The position numbers and the translations under genes are program-made. The notes under the pieces were generated by a model, which was not told where the DNA came from, did no database searches, and saw only the letters and a list, made by a program, of their open reading frames with translations. A DNA stretch of 46,422 bases, taken from contig DIVI01000054.1 of NCBI GenBank assembly GCA_002423305.1, positions 15,937 through 62,358 of the forward strand. The letters run 5' to 3'. This document shows positions 36,308 to 46,076 of this stretch, in pieces (the first letter of the stretch is position 1; the number at the start of each line of letters is the position of its first letter). This DNA comes from Methylococcus sp. UBA6136 (GTDB lineage Bacteria > Pseudomonadota > Gammaproteobacteria > Methylococcales > Methylococcaceae).

Positions 36308-37665
36308 GGGTTGGCTTTGCCGGCCTCGGCGGGAGCGCCCTCAGGCATCAGTTCGGGGACGCGAATTTCAACATAGGCTTCGTCTCGGATACGGCGGAGC
36401 CAAAGTTCGGTTTCCTCTTCGACCTTGCGCTTGAATATCTCGTCCTGAGCCTGTTTCTTCAGTAGCTCATTGGTGTCGTCGGATTCCTGGCGTTCTAGCA
36501 CCTGTATGAGGTGCCAGCCAAACTGGCTCTGGGTAGGTTCGCTGAGCTCATTGGGTTTCAGGTCATTCATGGCCTGTTCGAATTCGGGGACCAGGGCGCC
36601 AGGGGCGACAAAGCCCAGGTCGCCGCCTTTCACGGCTGATCCCTTGTCATCAGAATTGCCACGGGCCAGGTCAGCAAAATCATCGCCCGCCTCAATTCGG
36701 GTCTTGATGGTTTCGAGCTTTTTTCGGGCATCGTCATTCGTCATGACTTCATTGGGCTTCAGCAGTATGTGTCTGACGCGGGTTTTGGTGATGCTCTCCA
36801 CATCACCCCCCCGTTGATCCATCAGCTTGATGATATGAAAGCCGCTAGGGCTCCGGATGGGGCCTTCTATTGAGCCCTTTTTCATCTTCGGGACGGCATC
36901 GGCGTAAATGGTGGGCAGTTCGCTGAGCTTGCGCCAGCCAAGATCACCCCCCTTGAGTGCCTCGGAGGCATCGGATGAGCTAAGGGATACCTGACGAAAA
37001 TCGGCCCCCTTGCTGAGCTCGGCAATGAGTTTTTCGGCCTTCTCCCGGGCGGCCTGGACGGTCTCAGGTGTTGCGCCTTGGGGTGTACCGATGAGGATTT
37101 GACCCAACTGGTACTCGACATTGGGGTTAGCGCCGGCCTTGAGTCGGGCCTCCATCCAGTTCTGAACCTCGCGGTCGCTGATCTTGATCTGACTGTTGAC
37201 CTGACCGCTGCGCAGCCGCTGTTGGGCGAGCTCACCTCTGATCTGCTCGAGAAAGTCCAGATACTCGATGCCCTCGGCTCGGAGCGAACTGCGTAGATCT
37301 TCCGGTGACATGTTGTTCTTCTGCGCAATCTGCTGGATGGTCTGACGCAGGGTTTCATCATCGACACGCAGACCTGATTTTTCAGCCATGCTGATTTGGA
37401 TTTTTTCCAGGATCAGCCGATCGAGGACCTGTCGGGCCAGTGCCAGCTCGGAGGGGGGCAAGGTTCCACTCTGGGACAGTCCTTGCCGGATAAGGGCAAT
37501 TTTTTTCTGAAGTTCGCTCTCCAGAATGACATCGTCCTCGACCACGGCCACAATACGGTCGACCCCTTCAGCCAGCGACAGAGAGGGAAACAGCAGTGTA
37601 ATCAGCAGGCTGAGCAACGGGCCTGATTTTGCAAAGTGGGTCAAAGCAGTGTGTTGGTTGCTCAT
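36304..37665 (-). CDS. surA: Periplasmic chaperone / peptidyl-prolyl isomerase SurA
   Basis: It has a signal peptide (MSNQHTAL...LSLAEG), an N-terminal chaperone domain and two parvulin domains (FHIIKL..., GWHLIQV). I chose the ATG at 37665, 13 nt after the lptD stop, over the track start at 37734, which overlaps lptD. Confidence 0.92.
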   Translation of the reverse strand: MSNQHTALTHFAKSGPLLSLLITLLFPSLSLAEGVDRIVAVVEDDVILESELQKKIALIRQGLSQSGTLPPSELALARQVLDRLILEKIQISMAEKSGLRVDDETLRQTIQQIAQKNNMSPEDLRSSLRAEGIEYLDFLEQIRGELAQQRLRSGQVNSQIKISDREVQNWMEARLKAGANPNVEYQLGQILIGTPQGATPETVQAAREKAEKLIAELSKGADFRQVSLSSSDASEALKGGDLGWRKLSELPTIYADAVPKMKKGSIEGPIRSPSGFHIIKLMDQRGGDVESITKTRVRHILLKPNEVMTNDDARKKLETIKTRIEAGDDFADLARGNSDDKGSAVKGGDLGFVAPGALVPEFEQAMNDLKPNELSEPTQSQFGWHLIQVLERQESDDTNELLKKQAQDEIFKRKVEEETELWLRRIRDEAYVEIRVPELMPEGAPAEAGKANP

Positions 37666-37678
37666 GTCCAGTATGGTC

Positions 37679-40534
37679 TTAATAGTCTCTGAATCGGTAT
37701 CCGGTAATGCTTCTCTCGAGGAATTTATCCACATCTTCGTTCAGTGTGGTCAGGCCCTTGAGTTCGATCTGCAGGAACACGGCGTTGTTGGATTGGGCGG
37801 TCCCATCAGGGTTGATGGTGTTGAGGTAGCGGCGACCAATCAGGGCGAAGCGCCAGCAGCAGGTTTCCCGCTCGAAACCGGCAAAGCTCTCAGTGGTGAC
37901 GTTGTCAAGAAACGAATACTGCCAGCGTCCGATGGCGTACCAACCCGCCAGGATGGGCAGTCGCATTGAGACGTCGGTCAGGTCAAGACAGCCCGAACTG
38001 TTGGTGTAGTAATTCTGGCCTGTCCATGAGGGCGCGCAGTTGTTCGTATACTGGTTTCGGCGGTAACGATACGCCAGATTAAGAATGTGATTTTGCTTGT
38101 TGTTGTACTGAAGTCCAACCTGGCCACGATCGATCTGATTGAAGGAGGGGTTGTATTGCCCGGCGGTGTAGACCGACCAGTTGTCGGTGATGGCGCCGTA
38201 AAGATCTCCCACAATGTTGGAGAAGCTTTGTTTGTAGGTATCGGGCGCCAGTCCTGCGGGGGTCACCTCTCGATTGGAGAAGTAGGCGATGTTGCCAAGG
38301 GTAGCCCGAATTCGCTCGATACCTGTTTCATGATCGATCAGTCTCGAGGTCACAGCAGCCGTGAGGTCGTTGGCGTCACCGATGCGGTCATAACCCGCAA
38401 ACCGATTCTCACGGAAGAGCTGGTAGTAAGTGAAGTCGTAGCTGGTGGTATCAAATACCGGAATGTTTTGCTGGTTCACGGTTGGGATGTATACGTAGAA
38501 CAGCCTTGGTTCAATGGTGTGCTGCATCGGCGTATCACCGATTTCGAGATCCCGATCAAAATAGGTTCCGCTATCCAGCGACAGAATCGGCGTCGTAAAA
38601 GTTTGACTGGTATTGCCGTTGGTGTTGACGCCCAGGTTCTGCTGCAACTGTCCCCAATATTCTGTGTTCTGCAGGGAGTATTGGTTGAAAGCCATGGTTG
38701 CGCTGGGACGAATGAATCCGGCGCTAGTCTCCATCGGGTAAGTCAGCTTGGGCCGAATGAGGAAGCGCTGGCCCGTGGTCATCTCGTTGCTGTCGGCCTG
38801 GATATACGAGACCTGAGTCTGGTTGCTCAACATGAGGCCGGTGTCGGCGAGGTTTTCGCCGAAGCTGTGTTCGATCTTTGGAAGGTAGAAGTAGGGATAC
38901 TGATTTTTCGGGACGCTCGGGTCGATGGTCTGGAAATAGTTGGCCATGCCGGTGATCGGGCCCCAGGGGCTGGTGTAATTCACCATGGCCACACTGGGAA
39001 TGTTGAGGTAATTGACCGTGTTGAGCGCCGATCCCAGTTGATTCAGGTAGTTGTAATCCGATACCCAGTTGGCATCGACATGAGCTGTCACGTGCTCGCT
39101 GAAGCGGGTGTCGTCCAGAAAGCTCACCTGACCGCGCGTGGTTTTGGTTTCATCGTCGTAAGGCAGGATATCGCCTGAAAGCCGGGCCCTGGAGGTCTCG
39201 TCGATGTAGCGCAGTTCGTTACGCAGCATGAAGCCACGCTTGGTCAGGTAGCGGGGCTGGGCCGTATAGTCATAGTTGGGTGCCAGGTTGAAGTAGTAGG
39301 GAATCGAAAAGTCGGCACCACTGACCTGGGTCACCCCGACGTTGGGGCTCAGAAATCCCGATGAGCGCCGTTTGTCGGTCGGGAAATCCATGTAGGGGGT
39401 GTAGAGGAATGGAACGTCCATGAACTCAAACCAAGCGTCCTGTGCGCTGCCCCGCCCCGTTTCCTTATTAATCTTGACCTTGGATGCGTGAAGGATCCAG
39501 TCCTGGTTGCCGGTAGGGCAAGTCGTGTAGCTGAAGTTCTCATACCGCGACAGGGTATTGCTGTCGATGTTGGTCAGTCGGGAGGTGCCGCGTCCCGGTA
39601 CGGCGGGCAGGATGAACTGGCTGTTGCGGAACACGCCGCGACCCGCTTCGCCATCCATGAAGCCGGAATCGCTCGACAGGATGAACCCCTTGTCCTGATA
39701 GGTGACGTTGCCGTGCACATTCACGGCATTGGTCTTGAGGTTGCGGGTGATGTAATCACCCCACAGTTTCTGATCCGCCTTGACCATTTCGGCCGAGCCG
39801 GTGAAGTTGGTCACTTCGTTATCGACCAACTCGAAATAATCGGAATCGATGTCGATGGGTGCCTTCTCCCGGGCCAGTTTTTCCTCGGGCGTCAAGATAA
39901 ACTCTGCCAGCGGCGGCGGCGCCTTTTTGCCGACCTTGGGCGCACAACTGCGTTGCCAGGGACTCACGGGCAAGCGCCCCAACATGTTCTCGAAGCGATC
40001 CTCGTCCTCTCGTGTGATGGTGTTGGATTCCGCCCAGTTTTCCGTGGATTCGCCTTCTTCGCTAACGACATGCGCCAGGCCGCGCGGGTCACGGCCACTC
40101 AGCGAGCAGACCCAATTCCGGTCTGGGCCTTCGTCCAGGTTGGGGGTGCAGTTCCATCCGGAGACCTTTGCCTTCTCAGGGTCCCCTTTGGGTTGTGGCG
40201 GTTGGAATGGCGCCTTGCTGTTCAAAAGTTGTGGCTGGTCTTCGGGGCCTGATGCCTCATCCATGTCGTCGCGGGTGGTCGCTTGCGGATCTGAAGGATC
40301 TTCGCCGAGCTCCACTTCTCTCTCCGTAGCGCCGCCTGACCCTGACAACGGCGTTTTTGAGCCGCATACCCAGTGGCCGCCTCGATCATCCCGAGCGCAA
40401 TCCCAGTCATTCGCTCCTCCCGGAGACAGTGAAGGGTAAACGCTGAAGCAAATGGCCACTAGCCAAAATCCAATCCGGTAACCGGCGGGAGGCATGAGGC
40501 GCTCAGCTAATGGCGTATGTCTGAAAACCGGCAT
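37679..40534 (-). CDS. lptD: LPS-assembly outer-membrane protein LptD with an extended N-terminal region
   Basis: It has an OstA-like beta-jellyroll (ADQKLWGDYITRNLKTNAVNVHGNVTYQ) followed by a large beta-barrel, and sits at the head of the lptD-surA-pdxA-rsmA cluster. An alternative start is Met14 (40495). Confidence 0.92.
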   Translation of the reverse strand: MPVFRHTPLAERLMPPAGYRIGFWLVAICFSVYPSLSPGGANDWDCARDDRGGHWVCGSKTPLSGSGGATEREVELGEDPSDPQATTRDDMDEASGPEDQPQLLNSKAPFQPPQPKGDPEKAKVSGWNCTPNLDEGPDRNWVCSLSGRDPRGLAHVVSEEGESTENWAESNTITREDEDRFENMLGRLPVSPWQRSCAPKVGKKAPPPLAEFILTPEEKLAREKAPIDIDSDYFELVDNEVTNFTGSAEMVKADQKLWGDYITRNLKTNAVNVHGNVTYQDKGFILSSDSGFMDGEAGRGVFRNSQFILPAVPGRGTSRLTNIDSNTLSRYENFSYTTCPTGNQDWILHASKVKINKETGRGSAQDAWFEFMDVPFLYTPYMDFPTDKRRSSGFLSPNVGVTQVSGADFSIPYYFNLAPNYDYTAQPRYLTKRGFMLRNELRYIDETSRARLSGDILPYDDETKTTRGQVSFLDDTRFSEHVTAHVDANWVSDYNYLNQLGSALNTVNYLNIPSVAMVNYTSPWGPITGMANYFQTIDPSVPKNQYPYFYLPKIEHSFGENLADTGLMLSNQTQVSYIQADSNEMTTGQRFLIRPKLTYPMETSAGFIRPSATMAFNQYSLQNTEYWGQLQQNLGVNTNGNTSQTFTTPILSLDSGTYFDRDLEIGDTPMQHTIEPRLFYVYIPTVNQQNIPVFDTTSYDFTYYQLFRENRFAGYDRIGDANDLTAAVTSRLIDHETGIERIRATLGNIAYFSNREVTPAGLAPDTYKQSFSNIVGDLYGAITDNWSVYTAGQYNPSFNQIDRGQVGLQYNNKQNHILNLAYRYRRNQYTNNCAPSWTGQNYYTNSSGCLDLTDVSMRLPILAGWYAIGRWQYSFLDNVTTESFAGFERETCCWRFALIGRRYLNTINPDGTAQSNNAVFLQIELKGLTTLNEDVDKFLERSITGYRFRDY

Positions 40535-40699
40535 GCACCTTTCGTGAGTGGGTTGGTGAGGCGATCATGGGCGCGGGGCCGGTGAAGGCATGGTCGTCGG
40601 AAAGCGGTCTTTTATGTTGAAATATCCGATTTCGACTGGCCATTTTACCGAAAGCCATCACTTCGGTAAGTGTTTTCTTCATCCTTTTTAACGTGTGAT

Positions 40700-41713
40700 A
40701 TGGATTCCACGGATACTCGTTACCAACAATTGCTGGATTGGCTGCGGACCGATTTGGGCCGACCGGTCGAATCGATTGCTCCCGCTTCTTCCGATGCCAG
40801 TTTCAGGCGTTACTTCCGGATTCATTCCGAGGGCCAGTCTCACATTGTCATGGACGCTCCGCCTCCCCAAGAGAATGTCAGACCTTTTGTTGCCGTGGCC
40901 GAGTTGCTTCGCGAGGCCGGCGTTCGGACGCCCAAGGTTCACGCGGTGGATGCGGATCGGGGGTTCGTGCTCTTGGGCGATTTCGGCAATCGCAATTACC
41001 TTGATGAGCTGGGTGATGATACTGCCGAATCGCTCTATGGCGATGCGATGGCTTCCCTGCTGGCTTTGCAGCAGGGTGCCGCGGCGGCTTCGGTGGACTT
41101 GCCGTCCTATGACGAGCGTTTGTTGCGAACGGAACTGGGAATATTCCGGGAATGGTTTCTGGAGCGGTGGCTTGGGCTGGCGCTTTCTGCCGAGGAGTCC
41201 GCGACGATCGATCAAGCCTGGGCAGCGCTGGTCTGGTCTGCCCTGGAGCAGCCTCGGGTCTGTGTGCATCGCGACTATCACTCTCGCAATCTCATGGTGA
41301 CCGATGGGGCCAATCCGGGCGTACTGGATTTTCAGGATGCGGTGGTGGGGCCGATAACCTACGATCTGGCCTCCCTGCTCAGGGACTGTTACATCGCTTG
41401 GCCGAAGGAGCGGGTTTACCTTTGGATGGAGTCCTACCAGAAGGCATTGCTGGCCGCTAAATTGCTGGAGGAATCCGATGCCCCCCGTTTTCGCCGCTGG
41501 TTTGACCTTATGGGCATGCAGCGGCACCTCAAGGCCGTCGGTATTTTTTCCCGACTGAACATTCGTGATGGCAAACCGGGTTATTTGAAGGATATTCCGC
41601 GAACACTGGCATATGTTACCGAGGTGGGGCGGGATTATCCGGAATTGGCTGGTTTCATGGCGTTTCTCGAATGCCGAGTGTTGCCGGGGCTGACCAGGGA
41701 GGCGCTGTCATGA
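40700..41713 (+). CDS. amgK: N-acetylmuramate/N-acetylglucosamine anomeric kinase (aminoglycoside-phosphotransferase fold)
   Basis: It has the APH-fold motifs (SDASFRRYFRI, HRDYHSRNLM, LDFQDA). It is divergent from lptD and coupled to murU, as in Pseudomonas. I chose the ATG at 40700 over the GTG at 40670. Confidence 0.8.
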   Translation: MDSTDTRYQQLLDWLRTDLGRPVESIAPASSDASFRRYFRIHSEGQSHIVMDAPPPQENVRPFVAVAELLREAGVRTPKVHAVDADRGFVLLGDFGNRNYLDELGDDTAESLYGDAMASLLALQQGAAAASVDLPSYDERLLRTELGIFREWFLERWLGLALSAEESATIDQAWAALVWSALEQPRVCVHRDYHSRNLMVTDGANPGVLDFQDAVVGPITYDLASLLRDCYIAWPKERVYLWMESYQKALLAAKLLEESDAPRFRRWFDLMGMQRHLKAVGIFSRLNIRDGKPGYLKDIPRTLAYVTEVGRDYPELAGFMAFLECRVLPGLTREALS

Positions 41714-42378
41714 GAGCCATGATTCTGGCTGCAGGCCGGGGTGAGCGCATGCGGCCACTGACTGATCACACGCCCAAGCCCTTGCTGCGGGCGGGTGGCC
41801 GCCCATTAATTGAGCATCTGGTGGTGGCGCTCGTCGGAGCTGGTATCACTGAAATGATCGTCAATACCGCACATCTGGGCGAGCAGGTGGAAGCGGTGAT
41901 GGGCGATGGTTCTCGGCTGGGGGCGCGCTTGCACTTTTCACCCGAGCGCGAGGCGCTGGAAACGGGCGGCGGTATTTATCGGGCGCTGCCACTCCTGGGA
42001 GACGATCCGTTCCTGGTGATCAATGGCGATATCGCAACGGATTTCCCCTTTGAAACGCTGACTGCATTGCCGATCCAGATGGCTCATCTGGTCCTCGTGC
42101 CCAATCCCGAACACCATCCCAAGGGCGACTTCGGTCTCGATGGATCGACGGTTCTGGATGGGGGCGAGCCGCGCTATACCTTTGGCGGTATTGGCGTTTA
42201 CCATCCTGACCTGTTCCGTGAGTCCAGTCCCGGCCGCTTCCCGTTGGCGCCACTGCTCAGGACAGCAATGGGTCGTCAGTCGGTCACCGGTCAGCTTTAC
42301 GAAGGTTTCTGGATGGACATCGGAACCGTCGAGCGGCTCCAGTCGTTTGATGCCTATCTCAATGCAAGGGCGGCTTGA
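41710..42378 (+). CDS. murU: N-acetylmuramate alpha-1-phosphate uridylyltransferase
   Basis: It has the nucleotidyltransferase motif MILAAGRGERMRPLTDHTPKPLL. Its ATG overlaps the amgK stop (ATGA). Confidence 0.85.
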   Translation: MRAMILAAGRGERMRPLTDHTPKPLLRAGGRPLIEHLVVALVGAGITEMIVNTAHLGEQVEAVMGDGSRLGARLHFSPEREALETGGGIYRALPLLGDDPFLVINGDIATDFPFETLTALPIQMAHLVLVPNPEHHPKGDFGLDGSTVLDGGEPRYTFGGIGVYHPDLFRESSPGRFPLAPLLRTAMGRQSVTGQLYEGFWMDIGTVERLQSFDAYLNARAA

Positions 42379-44236
42379 TTGGCGAGGGTTCCTTGTCTGA
42401 TTGCTCCAGCCAGGCCAGCCATTCGCTTACGACGACCAGCGCCCAGATGGCTCGGCCGTGGTCGGCCTGACGTTCAAGGTGCTCGTTCATGAGTTCGAGC
42501 GCGGCGCGGCGATCCAGGCCGATGCGATCCAGCTCAGGGCGGGCGATGGCGTTTTCCACCCAGTCACGCAAGGGTTCACGTAGCCAGCTGCTGAGCGGGA
42601 CCGAGAGCCCGCGCTTCTTCCGATAGACGATGTCCTTGGGCAGGTAGCGGGAGGCGTACTGTTTCAGAAATACCTTGGTTTGGATGCCCTTGACTCGCTG
42701 CCCCGGTGTCAGGGCGGCAGCGAATTCCATCACCGCCTGATCGAGGAACGGTGCCCGCAACTCCAACGCTGAGTGCATGCTGGCGCGATCGGCCTTGGTC
42801 AGGAGACCCTCCGCCAGAGAGCGCTCAAGATCGTAATGCTGGATCTGGTCCAGCAGGGATTCGCCTTCGGGAGCGAACCAGGGCTGCAGCGTGGGCGACA
42901 AGCCCAGTCGCGCCAGAATCCCAGGAGCAATGCTGGAATTCCACAAGACATGCCGGGCTACGCCATCGAGCGTATCGCCCTGGACAAAGCGCTTCAGCAG
43001 GAAGGACAGGGTGACTTTTTTATCACTGGGCGGCCAGCGTTCGACCTGGTCGCGAATGAATCGGCGAACCCCGGCCGGAAGGCGCGCATATCGCTCCGCA
43101 AATCCGGCCCCGAAATACGTCGGGTAACCACCAAAGAGTTCGTCGGCCCCTTCACCGGACAGGGAGATCCGGATGTCCCGCGCGGATCGCTCGGACAAGA
43201 GCGCCGTCGGAATCCAGGCGGGGTCGGCCAGGGGCTCGCCACTGGTGCGGATCACGTCCTTGAGCAAGCGCGGAATATCGTCCGGGGTGACCCAGACCGG
43301 GATGTATTCAACGCCCAGATCCGCGGCGACCTGTTCGGCGAAATAACCTTCATCAAAGGAGTCTTCCCGGAAGCGAAGCCCATAGGCGGTGAGAGACTTT
43401 TCGGGATGCAGGCTGCGCGCGACGGCAGCAATCAGGGATGAATCGACCCCGCCACTGAGAAACAACCCCACCGGGACATCCACTTCGCTCTGCCGCCAGA
43501 CGGCATTGCGAAAAACCAAATCGAACGCTTCCAGTGAAGTATCTGTCTTGGGCGCGTTTGCCCTTGGCCAACGCCAATAATGGGTGGTTTTTATGCCTTC
43601 AGCACTCAGGGTCACGCATTCGGCGGGACCCACCTTGATGACACCTTCCAGCGGGCTGTCCGGCGCCGGGAAGTATCCCAGTTGCAGATAACGGCGGACG
43701 GCGGCGTTGTTAATGGTCTGGGATTGGGGGTGACTGACGGCCATGGCGGCCAACTGGGAAGCAAAAGTGGCAACCCCGTTTTCCAGGGAATAAAACAGCG
43801 GCCGCTCGCCGGCACGGTCACGAACCAGCAGCAGTTTGCTCTGGCGCGGGTCCCACACGGCGATGGCAAAGGCGCCGATCAATTTCTCGACGAAAGCTTC
43901 ACCCAGCTCAAGGTAAAGGCCGGGTAACACCGCCACATCGGTATCTTGCTCGACCGGTCGACCACGTTCCGCCAGCCATTCCCGCAAGGCGAGGTGGTTG
44001 TCGATTTCGCCATTGCAGATCACCATCACGCCGGTGGCGGCATCAGTCAGCGGTTGTTCACCGCTGGTGAGTCCACGAATGGTGAGTCGGGCCATGCCGA
44101 AGCTGGCCGCATGATCGGCCTTGATCCAGTGGCCATCCGGTCCGCGATGCACGAGACGATTAAGCATCGCCGGAACGGCATCGAGCGGAGGCGGCGACGA
44201 AGTCAGGAAATTGACCTGACCGCAAATCCCACACAT
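42359..44236 (-). CDS. Asparagine synthase (glutamine-hydrolysing) family amidotransferase
   Basis: It has the N-terminal nucleophile MCGICG and the PP-loop FLSGGVDSS and is 625 aa long. It lies 1 nt downstream of the ArnT-like gene, so it is probably a glycan or envelope amidotransferase rather than housekeeping AsnB. Confidence 0.88.
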   Translation of the reverse strand: MCGICGQVNFLTSSPPPLDAVPAMLNRLVHRGPDGHWIKADHAASFGMARLTIRGLTSGEQPLTDAATGVMVICNGEIDNHLALREWLAERGRPVEQDTDVAVLPGLYLELGEAFVEKLIGAFAIAVWDPRQSKLLLVRDRAGERPLFYSLENGVATFASQLAAMAVSHPQSQTINNAAVRRYLQLGYFPAPDSPLEGVIKVGPAECVTLSAEGIKTTHYWRWPRANAPKTDTSLEAFDLVFRNAVWRQSEVDVPVGLFLSGGVDSSLIAAVARSLHPEKSLTAYGLRFREDSFDEGYFAEQVAADLGVEYIPVWVTPDDIPRLLKDVIRTSGEPLADPAWIPTALLSERSARDIRISLSGEGADELFGGYPTYFGAGFAERYARLPAGVRRFIRDQVERWPPSDKKVTLSFLLKRFVQGDTLDGVARHVLWNSSIAPGILARLGLSPTLQPWFAPEGESLLDQIQHYDLERSLAEGLLTKADRASMHSALELRAPFLDQAVMEFAAALTPGQRVKGIQTKVFLKQYASRYLPKDIVYRKKRGLSVPLSSWLREPLRDWVENAIARPELDRIGLDRRAALELMNEHLERQADHGRAIWALVVVSEWLAWLEQSDKEPSPIKPPLH

Positions 44237-44237
44237 T

Positions 44238-46076
44238 TCAGTGCCCAGTGGCCGGCAGCAGCGTGCCGATGTAATCGCTGTAGAGCCGATCGACTCGCGT
44301 CGCTTGCTTTAGGGCGATGGCTTCGAGTTCGGCACGTCTGTCGCTACGGGCCATCAGGTAGGTGGGATGGTTGCGTGCTGTGAGGTGGTGCTGCATTTGA
44401 GCGTGAGGCACCAGACGATCCGGCCAGGCCTTTCCAGATTTGAGCGAGAACAGGACATAATTGCTGGTGAGTTCATTGCCATCTTCCGTGAACACGGTGA
44501 CGGGTTGACCCAGATAAAAAGGCAGCCCATGTGGCATGCAGCCGATGCAGGCAAACTCGCTGTTTGCGGGAATGTCCGCCGGTAATTTCTCGAACAAGGA
44601 GCGGGCTGATTTGAGGCTGGCATGGCGGGGAATAACTTCGAAATTCGCAGTCAGCAGCAGGACTGAAATCGACAGGAAGGCAACCAGGGCAAAACGGGTG
44701 CTCTTGAGACCATAAGCCACCAGTGCCAGCGTCGCAGTGACTCCCAGTGAGATGCTGAAGCCAGGAAGCAGGGGGCCAAACTGTTTGATTGTGTCGGCCG
44801 TAAGCCATCGGGGTTTGGCAAGTGCCTCCGGCGCAAAGCTCAAAACGAGAAAAGGAATGGCCAGCAAACAGGCCGCGAGAGCAAGCCCCAGGCAGGCACG
44901 CATGATGATGCCCTGTGCGGCGGCATTTCGGGCTTCGATCGCTTCGGCAAACACGCGCGCCACCAGGACGCCCAGCGCGATGACGCCCGTCAGGATATAG
45001 CCGGGGAGTTTCGACTGCGACAGGGAAAAGAACACGACCACGACGAGAGCCCAGACGACAAACAGCTGGTCGGGGCGGCCCAGTCGGGTACGCTCGCGCA
45101 GAGTGATGCGCATCGATTCAGGCAGCAAGACGCTCCATGAGAAAAAGCAGCCGGCGATGATGAGCGCATAGTAGTAAAAGGGCTGCGTCCTGCGAAACTC
45201 CGTAGTGGTGAAGCGGGCAATGGATTCCTTCATGATGCCGTAGTACGGAAAGTCCGGGCAGGCCAGCGACAGGCCGACAAACCACGGGAGTACCACGGCC
45301 AGGAACAGCAGGATATGCGCAGGTCTGAAGAAGCGCTTGATGGCCGCTCGACGACCTGAAGCAAGATGGAACGCCGACATCACCAGAAGTGGCACCAGGA
45401 AGCCGACGGGGCCCTTTACCAGGGTCGCAAGCCCGGCGGCCAGGGTTGCCATCCAATACCAGTGGCGGCGTGTCTTGCCCTCATGCTCTTCTGCCAGATA
45501 AGCCGCAAAAATCGCGGCACAGACGAACAACGCCAGCATCATGTCGAAAATGACGATGCGGGAAAACGCCATGAATAGAGGTGTGCTGGCGACAATCACC
45601 ATCGCCAGTGAGGCGGTCATTTCACCGTAAGCGCGCCGGCAAAAGGCGAAGACCATGATGAGGATGCCCAGACCCGATAGCGCAGAAGGCAGTCGCGCGG
45701 CAAACTCGGTGTCACCCAGTGCCGCCAGGGACAGCGCAACCGACCTGAAGAAAAATGCCGGTTTATCGAGGTAGGTGGCACCATCGTAGGTGGGTACCAG
45801 CCAAGTGCCAGCAACCTTCATTTCCCGAGCGACTTCCGCGTTGCGTCCCTCATCCGGCGACAGCAGGGGGAAGTCACCCAAATGAAAGAAGGTAGCCCAA
45901 ATGCTGAAAATCAACGCGGCAAAGAGCCAATACCGCGAAGTGGCAGGATGATTGGGTGTTGGGATGGTATTCAAACGAGGCGGCCTGATCGTCTGTGGAG
46001 AGTTGGGGTGAGGTGTGAGTGGCTTTCGCGAGAGCCGTTCATGTGGGCGCTTTTTAGCTCTCAAGCGAGCCTGCAT
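44238..46076 (-). CDS. ArnT/PMT-like polyprenyl-phosphate-sugar-dependent glycosyltransferase (GT39/GT83 type)
   Basis: It is a polytopic membrane protein with the ArnT-like first periplasmic loop LLSPDEGRNAEVAREMKVAGTWLVPTYDGATYLDKPAFFF. The start is uncertain: ATG 46076 overlaps the upstream gene by 23 nt, and a TTG about 100 nt downstream is possible. Confidence 0.8.
   Translation of the reverse strand: MQARLRAKKRPHERLSRKPLTPHPNSPQTIRPPRLNTIPTPNHPATSRYWLFAALIFSIWATFFHLGDFPLLSPDEGRNAEVAREMKVAGTWLVPTYDGATYLDKPAFFFRSVALSLAALGDTEFAARLPSALSGLGILIMVFAFCRRAYGEMTASLAMVIVASTPLFMAFSRIVIFDMMLALFVCAAIFAAYLAEEHEGKTRRHWYWMATLAAGLATLVKGPVGFLVPLLVMSAFHLASGRRAAIKRFFRPAHILLFLAVVLPWFVGLSLACPDFPYYGIMKESIARFTTTEFRRTQPFYYYALIIAGCFFSWSVLLPESMRITLRERTRLGRPDQLFVVWALVVVVFFSLSQSKLPGYILTGVIALGVLVARVFAEAIEARNAAAQGIIMRACLGLALAACLLAIPFLVLSFAPEALAKPRWLTADTIKQFGPLLPGFSISLGVTATLALVAYGLKSTRFALVAFLSISVLLLTANFEVIPRHASLKSARSLFEKLPADIPANSEFACIGCMPHGLPFYLGQPVTVFTEDGNELTSNYVLFSLKSGKAWPDRLVPHAQMQHHLTARNHPTYLMARSDRRAELEAIALKQATRVDRLYSDYIGTLLPATGH

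Noticed and set aside
38087-39178. 363-aa plus-strand ORF, plus ORFs 39488-40252 and 39849-40439.
   Set aside because: They are antisense to lptD and are shadow frames.
40688-41527. 279-aa minus-strand ORF and plus-strand alternative-frame ORFs (40695-41300, 41152-41460).
   Set aside because: They overlap amgK, whose kinase motifs define the true frame.
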